Part shown: piece after piece, positions 43,054-52,353 of the stretch
Layout of the letters: each line of letters opens with the position of its first letter
How positions within the stretch are numbered: the first letter of the stretch is position 1
Assembly: GCA_040400605.1 (NCBI GenBank)
Contig: JBBAPZ010000007.1
Location: 95,729-159,728 of the forward strand
Direction: 5' to 3'
DNA: 64,000 bases
Source: Candidatus Sericytochromatia bacterium
Lineage (GTDB): Bacteria; Cyanobacteriota; Sericytochromatia; S15B-MN24; JAQBPE01
The notes under the pieces: generated by a model
Databases searched by the model: none
The model's input: only the letters and a program-made list of their open reading frames with translations
What the model was told of the DNA's origin: nothing
Program-made: the position numbers and the translations under genes

Positions 43054-44859
43054 CTAGCGTTCGTGCTTGCTCAGCTTGGCCTTGCGCAGGCGGATCGACG
43101 TGGGTGTGACCTCACACAGTTCTTCCTCGTTGATGTACTCCATCGATCGCTCAAGGGTCATCTCAATCGGCGGCTGCAAGGTGGTCAACACATCCGCGCC
43201 AGCCGAGCGAATGTTGGTCATCTTCTTGGCCTTGCAGACGTTCACGTCCAAATCCTGCGGTCGGTTGTGCTCGCCGACGATCATGCCACCGTACACCTTG
43301 GTGCCCGGTTTGATGAAGAAGTCGCCCCGATCATCAAAACTCTGGATCGCATAGCCAGTGGCCTCGCCATCTTCCCAGGCGATCATCACCCCGTTGCGGT
43401 GCTGGGCAATCTCACCGGCGTGCGGCTCGTAATCGAAAAAGGAATGATTCATGATGCCCTCACCCTTGGTCATGCGAATGAAGTCGCTCCGAAAGCCAAT
43501 AAGCCCCCGCGACGGCACCAAAAACTCCAGCATCGTTCGACCCGCTTCACTGTGCATGTGCTGCATCATGGCACGCCGGGTCCCCAAGCGTTCAATGCAA
43601 GCGCCCGCAGCCCAATCCGGCACGTCCAGGACCAAGGTCTCAAAAGGTTCATACAGCGCACCATCAATCTCGCGCAGAATCACTTTTGGTTTGGAGACCT
43701 GAAACTCATAGCCCTCGCGGCGCATTGTTTCCAACAAGACCCCAAGGTGCAACTCGCCGCGACCGGACACCAGGAACGCGTCGGTGTTATCGGTGTCTTC
43801 CACCCGCAGCGCCACATTGCTCTCCAGTTCCTTGTAGAGGCGATCGCGCAATTGACGGCTCGTCACAAACTTGCCTTCCCGCCCCGCGAAAGGACTCGTA
43901 TTGACACCCAGGGTCATCTGCAAGGTCGGCTCATCGATGCGAATGAGTGGCAGTGGATGCGGATCACTCGCCAAACACAAGGTCTCACCAATGTTGGCAT
44001 CCACAAAGCCCGCAACCGCCACGATGTCACCCGCCGCAGCCGCCTCAACATCAAGACGCTTAAGACCCGAAAACGAAAACAATTTGCTCACCCGACCCCG
44101 GGTATGGCTACCATCGGCGCGAATCAGAACGAGGTTATCACCACTATGGATGATGCCATTATGTATCCGGCCGATGATGATGCGGCCGAGGTACTCGGAA
44201 TAATCCAACGTGGTGACCTGCAATTGCAGGGGCTTGTTGGGATCACCCACTGGTGGCGGCACATGATGCAGGATGGCTTCGAAAAGCGGTACGAGATTGT
44301 CCCGGGGATCATCGAGGTTCTTGACGGCAAAGCCCGAAATACCCGACGCATATATCACCGGGAATTCGATTTGATCGTCATCCGCCCCAAGTTCGATGAA
44401 GAGGTCCAGCACGCGATCGATCGCCCGCGCCGGATCACAGCCATCCCGATCAATCTTGTTGACAACCACGATAGGCTTCAAGCCCTGCTCCAACGCCTTG
44501 CGCAAAACAAAGCGCGTTTGCGGCATCGGTCCCTCAAACGCATCGACCAGCAACAAACAGCCATCCACCATCCCAAGCACACGCTCAACCTCGCCACCAA
44601 AGTCCGCGTGCCCAGGCGTGTCCACGATATTGATCTTCACCGCCTCGCCCCCCGACTGCGGTACATATGCGATCGCCGTGTTCTTCGCCAAAATCGTGAT
44701 TCCACGCTCGCGTTCGATGTCATTGGAGTCCATCACGCAGGTGGCTACCTGCTCGTTGGCCCTGAAGGCACCGGACTGCTTCAACAATCCATCCACCAGC
44801 GTCGTCTTGCCATGGTCAACGTGTGCGATAATCGCCACGTTGCGAATGTGCTCATTCAC
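43054..44859 (-). CDS. typA: Translational GTPase TypA/BipA
   Basis: [40 protein letters not shown]. Confidence 0.98.
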   Translation of the reverse strand: MNEHIRNVAIIAHVDHGKTTLVDGLLKQSGAFRANEQVATCVMDSNDIERERGITILAKNTAIAYVPQSGGEAVKINIVDTPGHADFGGEVERVLGMVDGCLLLVDAFEGPMPQTRFVLRKALEQGLKPIVVVNKIDRDGCDPARAIDRVLDLFIELGADDDQIEFPVIYASGISGFAVKNLDDPRDNLVPLFEAILHHVPPPVGDPNKPLQLQVTTLDYSEYLGRIIIGRIHNGIIHSGDNLVLIRADGSHTRGRVSKLFSFSGLKRLDVEAAAAGDIVAVAGFVDANIGETLCLASDPHPLPLIRIDEPTLQMTLGVNTSPFAGREGKFVTSRQLRDRLYKELESNVALRVEDTDNTDAFLVSGRGELHLGVLLETMRREGYEFQVSKPKVILREIDGALYEPFETLVLDVPDWAAGACIERLGTRRAMMQHMHSEAGRTMLEFLVPSRGLIGFRSDFIRMTKGEGIMNHSFFDYEPHAGEIAQHRNGVMIAWEDGEATGYAIQSFDDRGDFFIKPGTKVYGGMIVGEHNRPQDLDVNVCKAKKMTNIRSAGADVLTTLQPPIEMTLERSMEYINEEELCEVTPTSIRLRKAKLSKHER

Positions 44860-45122
44860 CGTCGTTCAAAACCTTTCCTTATCCCCAAACCCACCGTAAA
44901 TTTCAAGAGAAACAATCCCATGGTAGCCCATCGCCAAAGTTCCGGTCAAAACAGCGTACTTGAATACAACCCTGCTCAGCACCGTTTCTGCAATCAAAAC
45001 ATTCAGAATGAGCGACCAAAACAACCACTCAGAGCATACACCGACCTCGGTAGCACAGCACACAAGCCCGACCCTAAATTCCTCAAAACATCGCTGCCAC
45101 GCGGCGGTGAAAACCAAAGCAG

Positions 45123-45635
45123 TCAAGGCTTGATCAGACGCCCCTGCACATCACGCATCGCATCAACTCTAAGTGGGTAGTCTTCCGCCACCACCGACAC
45201 GTACACCACAACATTCAATTTTTCATCAAACACCGCTTGAGATCCTGCCGCCCGCGATGGCCAATGTTTGATCTGCTTCGCCATCTGACGCTCGGTCAAA
45301 TGGGCACTGCGAGCCACACTCGTCGGCTTGGGCCGCGTCCCGTCAAACACATACCATTCCAACCGGCCTGCCGATCGACCGGAGGGGTCCGACAAAACCA
45401 CGTGAGTCAAATTACCCACCAACCGGAATTTCTGAACTGGACGCATCAAGCGCTTGTCATACTGATCAAATGCCGACAAACTCACGGCCTTGTAGCTCGA
45501 CTCCTTAAACGCCCCAAACAATCCAGCCGCGCCAACCTGGTTTCCATCAGACACCCGCGGCAAGCCGGGACTGGCCAAACTCCCGCACCCCGCCAAACAC
45601 AAACCGGCAAGCACAGCCAAAGCCACACGCATCAC
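45123..45635 (-). CDS. Hypothetical lipoprotein
   Basis: MMRVALAVLAGLCLAGC lipobox; AAGGGG RBS. Confidence 0.75.
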   Translation of the reverse strand: MMRVALAVLAGLCLAGCGSLASPGLPRVSDGNQVGAAGLFGAFKESSYKAVSLSAFDQYDKRLMRPVQKFRLVGNLTHVVLSDPSGRSAGRLEWYVFDGTRPKPTSVARSAHLTERQMAKQIKHWPSRAAGSQAVFDEKLNVVVYVSVVAEDYPLRVDAMRDVQGRLIKP

Positions 45636-45685
45636 GGATCCCCCTTCTTCCCAGACTCACTGGGCCACTGGTTGTGTCGAATACC

Positions 45686-45815
45686 TTAATGTTTTGATTA
45701 TCGAAACTTAACCCTTGTTTCATTCTTAAACAAGAGTAAATTTTAAATTAAGAAAATATTAAGAAATCTGTCATGCAGACAATTTAAGCTTAAGTCATTT
45801 TTAGTCGATGGTTAA
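45686..45815. promoter_or_regulatory. AT-rich divergent promoter region with 11-bp-phased TTAA boxes
   Basis: TTAA at 45748/45759; TTAA/TTAG/TTAA at 45790/45801/45812; TTAA at 45686/45708. Confidence 0.6.
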
Positions 45816-45882
45816 GAATTGTGGATGCCATGTTGCGCGATAAAATAGATGAGATGGTTCCCTGGTGCGGGAGGTGTTGCAG

Positions 45883-46395
45883 ATGATGATGCAGTCAACG
45901 ACAGGTTTCAATCGATCCTTGGCGCCGGTGCAGAACTGGACGCTGCGTGAGCCATTGGTATCGGAATCTGCGCCGACTGCAGGTTCGGCGAGTCTTGGTT
46001 ATGGCTATGGTTATGACTACTATCCGAGCCAACCACCCGTGCCGAGCCAAGGGGTGTCTGGCTCGCGCCTGTTGGCGTGGGGTGGGGGTGCGGTGAGCTT
46101 GTATCACGTCGGGCGTGGGCTCTTGGGGAACAGCCCAAGTGGTTGGCTCATTGCCGGCTTGTTGGTCACAGGCGCACTGTGCGGCAACGCGATGCAAAAC
46201 TGGTTGATTGCCGAGGATGCGCGTGGCTCGGGGCTCGGAAAAGCCACGATGTGGAGCGCGGGCGCAATTTCCGCTTTTCGTGTCGGCCGACCGATACTGG
46301 GGTACAGCCCAGCCGCGTGGTTGATCGCGACCTTGCTGGTCGCAGGTGCCTTAACCGGGCAGAGCATCTATAACTACCTGGTCTCACGGCGTTGA
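45883..46395 (+). CDS. Hypothetical protein with a duplicated Gly-rich hydrophobic hairpin
   Basis: GGAGG RBS; two homologous segments of about 50 aa. Confidence 0.75.
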   Translation: MMMQSTTGFNRSLAPVQNWTLREPLVSESAPTAGSASLGYGYGYDYYPSQPPVPSQGVSGSRLLAWGGGAVSLYHVGRGLLGNSPSGWLIAGLLVTGALCGNAMQNWLIAEDARGSGLGKATMWSAGAISAFRVGRPILGYSPAAWLIATLLVAGALTGQSIYNYLVSRR

Positions 46396-46695
46396 CAGCC
46401 AGCCTGTCAGGATAAGGGCCAGGTCGCATCCGACTGGTCCATTTTTACGCAGTTCCACCAAACCGTCGGCTGAACTAACAAGGGCTGGCGGTGGCCTGCG
46501 TCGCCCAACGTTTCCGAAACGCCACTGCTCTTGGCCAGTACACCGGTTGGTGTCACGCGTTGGCTGCGTGGAACGCGTGGGTGTCGTACCAGACGGCAGC
46601 AAGCTTTGCCACCAGACTTGCCGTTTCTCCGCAAACCGCACGTTGAAACACCTTGGACACACCGTGACGACACACACGGTTTATCGAAAGCGCAC

Positions 46696-47997
46696 TCAAG
46701 GATACAAACCGCGCAGGTTCGCAGCCTGCACGACGTGGTTGAGCGCCTCGATATGGGCGGCGAGCCGCAAAGGGAGGCCATCGCGTTCTGCGCGACGTTG
46801 AACCTTGTGATAGGCGCGTAGCTGAAGCGACTTCAAGCGACTGAAAACTTCTTCTTCCGTCCAAAACAGCTGGTTGTTGTCTTGAACCCATTCGAAATAA
46901 CCGACGATCGCGCCACCCGCATTGGCCAGGATATCAGGAATGACCGGGACTCCCCGCGCATTCAAGATGCGATCGGCCTCCGGGGTGACGGGCATGTTGG
47001 CTCCCTCGCAAATCAAGCCCGCCCGTATTTGATCAGCGTTGCTTTTCGTAATCTGACAGGGCAGCGAGGCTGGAATCAAAATGTCGACATCCAGCAAAAG
47101 CAGCTCAGCTTCCGTAATACGCTTCGCAACGGCGTAACCGCCCAAGTCACGGTGATGCTGGACGTATTGCAGCAAATCCCGGACATCAAGCCCTTCAGGG
47201 TCGTGAATGCCGCCTGAGCGATCGCTCACGGCCACAATCTTGGCACCATCTTGATCCAACAGCTGCGCGGCCACACGACCGATTTTACCGAATCCCTCTA
47301 TCGCGACACTCGCACCATGCAAACGTTTGTTCGCCCGGTCGTAATACTCCTGAATCGCGAGAAAAACCCCGTAGCCTGGCGCCTCACGGTTGCCCTGCGT
47401 TCCCCCAATGGCCAATGGCTTGCCCGTCACGGAACCTGCCACGGCATAACCGCGATTGACGCTGATTGTATCCATGATCCAAGCCATTTCGCGCTCACTG
47501 GTGCTCACATCCGGCCGCGGAATGTCCCGCAAGGGGTCAAACACCAACGCCATGTCCGTGGTATATCGGCGCGTCAGGCGCTCTAGTTCTCCCTCCGACA
47601 GCGTGTAAGGATCCACGGTCACCCCGCCCTTTGCGCCACCGAAGGGTATACCGACCAAGGCACATTGCCACGTCATCAACATGGCCAACGCGGTAATCGC
47701 ATCTTGATCCACTTCCTGATGATAGCGAATTCCGCCATAGTAAGGCCCCAGCGTATTGGAGTGCTCCACCCGATAACCAGGGAAAACCCGGATCTCACCA
47801 TCATCCATTCGCACCGGCGAAAAAGTCTGTATCACCCGTTCCGGCGCAAACAGACGCAAACGCTCCCCTGAGGGCAACTGCAGCATCTCGCCGGCAAGGT
47901 CCAAGCGCACGCGCGCCTGACCCAACAAGTCACGACGCCCCTTGTACTGCGCAGGCAGGTGGTTAGGAAAATTTAACGCTCGAGTCGACTCGTTCAT
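46696..47997 (-). CDS. Glu/Leu/Phe/Val dehydrogenase family protein with a non-canonical active site
   Basis: GGAKGG, VTGKP..GG, GFGKIG, EGAN, PDILANAGG, YFEWVQ. Confidence 0.92.
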   Translation of the reverse strand: MNESTRALNFPNHLPAQYKGRRDLLGQARVRLDLAGEMLQLPSGERLRLFAPERVIQTFSPVRMDDGEIRVFPGYRVEHSNTLGPYYGGIRYHQEVDQDAITALAMLMTWQCALVGIPFGGAKGGVTVDPYTLSEGELERLTRRYTTDMALVFDPLRDIPRPDVSTSEREMAWIMDTISVNRGYAVAGSVTGKPLAIGGTQGNREAPGYGVFLAIQEYYDRANKRLHGASVAIEGFGKIGRVAAQLLDQDGAKIVAVSDRSGGIHDPEGLDVRDLLQYVQHHRDLGGYAVAKRITEAELLLLDVDILIPASLPCQITKSNADQIRAGLICEGANMPVTPEADRILNARGVPVIPDILANAGGAIVGYFEWVQDNNQLFWTEEEVFSRLKSLQLRAYHKVQRRAERDGLPLRLAAHIEALNHVVQAANLRGLYP

Positions 47998-48283
47998 CTT
48001 CACAGCTCCATTGCTGGGCTCACCATATTCGCTCGGGCAAGAATAGCACGACACACGATACTTGACAAACCGCCGCTAAGGCTGTCAAGCCCGCAATCGC
48101 GAACGTCGGTCATTGCCGTGACCGGCTTGTGTCTCGAAACCCCACGTGACTGCGAAACTGCCCCAAAGGCTCGCAGCCTGAGCAACTGCAGAACTGTCAA
48201 CGGTTGCAAACCAACCATAACCCCTGCGTCCATCGACGGGACGTCTTACCAGAAGGAGGATGTCAGCACCGCGCCAGAGTCTC

Positions 48284-48319
48284 GTCAACCGGATGGTCAA
48301 CCGGATGGTCAACAAATGG
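48284..48319. repeat. 12-bp tandem repeat GTCAACCGGATG x2 plus a degenerate third copy
   Basis: Read directly from the sequence. Confidence 0.8.
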
Positions 48320-48440
48320 CTTCCAAATGGGCACCCTCAAGTCACGTCAATGGTATCTTCGCCCGATGCTTGGCGCACAGCCCCTTGTTGGAGTACAATC
48401 GAGCGCGGTTGTTAGCCGACGAAAGGAAGTATCAGCGCCC

Positions 48441-48818
48441 ATGTCAGGTACCCACGCGAGCAGCCTCAACCATTTAATCGTCCTGATTCAGGACGGGCGT
48501 CAGCTTGTTTTCGAGAGAGATGCGCAGGATCGCCTGAGACTCGTATCCAGTGATGCCTTGATCAGTGCCGAAGGTAGTGTGATCTTGGGTTTTGGCCCTT
48601 GGCCCGCTTGGCACGTCAATGTGTCGAATCGGGTGGTAACGCTCCCTGACGAAGAGTCGGGCCTGTTTGAACCGGAGCGGCTGTTCGTTTTAAGGGAACA
48701 ATATCTGTTTCTTAACGTTGACAGCGAAAAACCGTCGGCCTTCGGACCCATTGAAAAAGCATATTGGGAAGGCACGGAATCAATTGTGCAGGCCCGACGC
48801 AAAAGTGGCAAACACTGA
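48441..48818 (+). CDS. Hypothetical protein
   Basis: AAGGA upstream of ATG 48441; globular-looking composition. Confidence 0.6.
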   Translation: MSGTHASSLNHLIVLIQDGRQLVFERDAQDRLRLVSSDALISAEGSVILGFGPWPAWHVNVSNRVVTLPDEESGLFEPERLFVLREQYLFLNVDSEKPSAFGPIEKAYWEGTESIVQARRKSGKH

Positions 48819-49214
48819 TCTAGTGTTTACCCGAGTGGCTTCAACGATGCAGAAAAGCGCTGATTGGTGATCGAATTTTGGCTGTGGTTCGTCAACAGCA
48901 GGTAAGTGCCTGATATTGTTGATTCTCCTACACAGGTTGTAGATCGTAACCGATGCGTCACTGTCAAGTCTGAATGCGGTTGGGAAGAGCCTTGGCGATG
49001 CTGATTGCGATCACTTATCAGGGGATCGTCAACGCCTGAGCCTGCTTCTGGTGCTTGGAACACGCCACATACCTTTGCTTGCAGCTTAAGTGGGCTGGGC
49101 CTTGAACCTGCGCGCGGGAGCAACAGCCTTCTCCCCTTGCCGTGAACCGGAACCGGAGATTTTTTCAGTCTGACCCGACAATGGTTCGTCTGAATGTCTG
49201 TTGCCAACAAGGGC

Positions 49215-49266
49215 AATCAGTGAATCTGATGATTCCCGTGGCGCCCAACCATCAGATTCACTGATT
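49215..49266. repeat. Perfect 17-bp inverted repeat (terminator-like on the + strand)
   Basis: AATCAGTGAATCTGATG-N18-CATCAGATTCACTGATT followed by a T run. Confidence 0.8.
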
Positions 49267-49429
49267 TTTCGTTAAATATTCGTTGTGACCATACCGCACG
49301 TAACATCCAACATCGGTCTGCTTACCCTTGCGTATCGTTCTGATGGTCAGCGTCCGATCGGTGAAATTGATGGTTGCCGCGAAACGGTTTGGCGACCCCA
49401 ACGGCCGGGTACGATAAAGTCAAGGAGGG

Positions 49430-51868
49430 ATGACTATCGTGCAGGGGTGGCGCATGATACACGTGCTGGTCGCTTTGGGCCTGATAAGCGCTCAGGCTTG
49501 CCAAGCGCCGACGGTGTCTGCCCCCAAGCCCTTGCGCGGAGCGGTGCGGCAGGTTCTGACACCCGCGTCGCCGGGGCCATCGGCTGCGCCAATGCCCTCC
49601 GCATCGATCGCAGCGGTATCCATTGCGTCGGTGTCCGCCGCGCCCAGTGGCGTGTCCCCAACCGGGAGCGATCGCCTGAGCGACCGCGTGAGCAAGGGCA
49701 TTGAAAACATCGCCCGCCTGAGTTTCGCCCAAGGACGCGGTGTCGTGAGCGCGCAAGCACCCGGTTTGCTCCGCGGCGCCTCCCTCGGCAGCCCGCTCAA
49801 TGATGCCACAACCAACCTGCTTTCAAACAATGCGGCCGGTATCCTTTCCAAAAATGGCGGGGGGCTGATCGCCAACAATGGCGGCGGTTTGATCGCGAAT
49901 AACGGCGGCGGCTTGATTTCCAACAATGGCGGCGGCTTGATCGCGAATAACGGCGGGGGGCTCGTTTCGGGTTACGCGAGAAGCTACCGTTTGTTGCAGA
50001 CTCAACAGGCGCCCTCGCTGATTCCTTTGGCCGGAGAGTTTTTGTTGGCACGTCGTGAATGGTTGACCGGTGGAACTTTGTTACAATTCGCCAAGCCCAA
50101 GATTCCGGTGCGGCATTACGTGCGCTACGTGGGCCAAAATGGGGCGGGGCAAGCCTTGTTGGAAGCGCAAATGGAAACCGGGACTTATCGTCCGGATGGC
50201 ACGGCGGAAACCGTTCGATTCAGGCGCGAGGAATGGAACAGTGCCGGGGAGCGTCACATGTTTCGCACCCACGTCGAGACTTATGGGGATGGCGAACGTT
50301 TGACACTGGCGGCATTTGGGCCTGAGCCCTGTATCATCAGATACCCGGAAGTGGGTGTCGATGTGGCCATCGAGCGTTACAGCATTGATTTGACGCAGGG
50401 CATCGGCCAGTTTCGTTATCGTTTTGGTCAACTTGGGTTCGTCGAAGAGGGCTCGATGGACAAGGTTAGATTGGATGCACAGGGTCGCCTTTATTTCAGC
50501 GAATTTGATGCATTGATGGCTTATGACGGGCAAAGTACGGTAACAGACAGCCAAGGGTCGGTATTGTTCACCAAAAAGCGTCAGATGGTCGCTGGGCGGG
50601 TGCAGCGTGAATACGGTCTGAGTGGCGGCCTCACCATCAAGTTGCGTGCCGATGAGCAAGGCATTTATCGTGGTGTCCTGGAAGACACCAGCGGAGTCCT
50701 GGCCGATGTCGTCATGGTCATGTTGTATGACGGCTCCACCATGTTCAGACTTGATTACCGTGGTCAGTCCGGTGAACCGCAATACATCGGATTTGGTGAA
50801 CCAACCGTTGCGACGCCGGCGACTCCTGCGCCGCCATTTGCGTATACGATTCAAACCATTGCAGGCGCAGTTGCAACCAGGCAACAAGAGACAGTGACGA
50901 TCCAGGACGGCGACGCAAAGACGGCGCGGTTTGGTGAATTGCGTGCATTGGTGGCATCAACGAAGGTTCAGGACCGGTTCTATGCCACGGACATGCTGGG
51001 CAACCGGATTGTTCGCATCGAACGGAACGGCAACAGATGGCAATTCACCACGGTTGCCGGAAATGGCGAAGCCGGGCACGTCGATGGGCCTGGCATTCAG
51101 TCGCGCTGGCTGGGGCCTTTGGGGCTGGCGATCGGTGCGGATGACGTTCTTTATGTGTCAGACTTTGGCAACGAGTGTATTCGTCGCGTTCGGTTTCAAG
51201 ACGATGCCGCCATCGTCGATACCATCGCGGGCTCGGGACAGACAGGTTACCTGGATGGCGCTGGCAAAACAGCCGCATTCAATACGGTTACATCACTTGC
51301 TGTGTCCGAAGACGCGCTTTATGTTGCGGACACTGGCAACCAACGCATTCGGCGAGTGGATCTCAAAACAGGTGATTTCGTTGTCAGTACGCTGGCTGGC
51401 AATGGTATCCCTGGTGCCCAGGATGGGGACGCCAAGAAAGCGTCGTTCGAAGCACCGGGAACCTTGCTGTTACGTGACGGGCGGTATTTGCTGATTGCCG
51501 AAACGGCTGCCAATCGGCTAAGACAGCTAGACTTGGTCGAGGCAAGTGTGTCGAGCCTGATTGCTGGCAAGGAGGCGCCAACCGTCTGGTATGACGGTCC
51601 GATCGCAAGCGGCGGTGTGGAACGCCCACTGGTCCTGTATGACGCGGGCGCACTTGGTCTTTGGACGGGGCAGACACAATTGCGTGCGCTCCTGCCATTC
51701 GGTCAACTGCGCACCGTTGCGGGCCGGACTGACACAGGCAACCAAGACGGCTTGCAAGACGAAGCGGCATTTGAAGGGATAACAGGCATCGCGCCACTAT
51801 CCGACGGTTCTTGGCTGCTAACCGATCTGACGCGGGTACGGCGTCTTATTCCGCCCCAAAACCAATAG
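49430..51868 (+). CDS. Probable lipoprotein with LIANNGGG repeats, an unknown beta-rich domain and an NHL propeller
   Basis: AQAC lipobox-like site, S/P/A linker, NHL motifs LYVSDFGNECIRR and LYVADTGNQRIRR. Confidence 0.85.
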   Translation: MTIVQGWRMIHVLVALGLISAQACQAPTVSAPKPLRGAVRQVLTPASPGPSAAPMPSASIAAVSIASVSAAPSGVSPTGSDRLSDRVSKGIENIARLSFAQGRGVVSAQAPGLLRGASLGSPLNDATTNLLSNNAAGILSKNGGGLIANNGGGLIANNGGGLISNNGGGLIANNGGGLVSGYARSYRLLQTQQAPSLIPLAGEFLLARREWLTGGTLLQFAKPKIPVRHYVRYVGQNGAGQALLEAQMETGTYRPDGTAETVRFRREEWNSAGERHMFRTHVETYGDGERLTLAAFGPEPCIIRYPEVGVDVAIERYSIDLTQGIGQFRYRFGQLGFVEEGSMDKVRLDAQGRLYFSEFDALMAYDGQSTVTDSQGSVLFTKKRQMVAGRVQREYGLSGGLTIKLRADEQGIYRGVLEDTSGVLADVVMVMLYDGSTMFRLDYRGQSGEPQYIGFGEPTVATPATPAPPFAYTIQTIAGAVATRQQETVTIQDGDAKTARFGELRALVASTKVQDRFYATDMLGNRIVRIERNGNRWQFTTVAGNGEAGHVDGPGIQSRWLGPLGLAIGADDVLYVSDFGNECIRRVRFQDDAAIVDTIAGSGQTGYLDGAGKTAAFNTVTSLAVSEDALYVADTGNQRIRRVDLKTGDFVVSTLAGNGIPGAQDGDAKKASFEAPGTLLLRDGRYLLIAETAANRLRQLDLVEASVSSLIAGKEAPTVWYDGPIASGGVERPLVLYDAGALGLWTGQTQLRALLPFGQLRTVAGRTDTGNQDGLQDEAAFEGITGIAPLSDGSWLLTDLTRVRRLIPPQNQ
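49817..49960 (+). repeat. 24-bp/8-aa tandem repeat, 6 units of LI(A/S)NNGGG type
   Basis: LLSNNAAG ILSKNGGG LIANNGGG LIANNGGG LISNNGGG LIANNGGG. Confidence 0.92.
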
Positions 51869-52353
51869 CCGAACCAAACCCAGCGACAGACCGGCTCGCT
51901 GGTGTTGTCAGTCCGCATCATTAGTGGCTGTGCGGTGCCATGGTACCCTTGCGTTGCAGGGCCAACAGCGTGTGGTGTTGATGGTGTTGTAAATCCGAAA
52001 CTGTTTGGCAGTGCAGCGGCACGACACGCCGGATTGTTACAACCAACAGCGTGGGGTTGGCTTGAGTTCACCATTGGTGTATTTAAAATATAATTTTTAA
52101 CCCAGGGAAGACGGCAGCCGTGGGGATAGCGCCCCCAGGCTGCCTCCTCGCCGCAGTCACGACGACACAATCAGCGTCCCTGAATTCCGGCGGCTTGTCC
52201 AGTCTCGAACGGCGGTTGCTTGCAGCAAGACGGTTATTCAGTGGCGCATCGGTTTCCGCTCCGAACTTTTGCAGGTCGGTGACGTCAGAAAGTTGGCTAG
52301 AAAGGATAAATGGCACGCGGCTAGTGGTAATATCAGGGCTCAGGCAGGTCAAA

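Noticed and set aside
43063..45180. 705-aa + strand ORF
   Set aside because: Antisense shadow of typA; no recognisable motifs
45686..45860. Replication origin
   Set aside because: Only two-mismatch DnaA-box-like sequences and no dnaA/dnaN nearby
48827..49216. 129-aa minus-strand ORF
   Set aside because: No RBS, atypical composition and no recognisable domain
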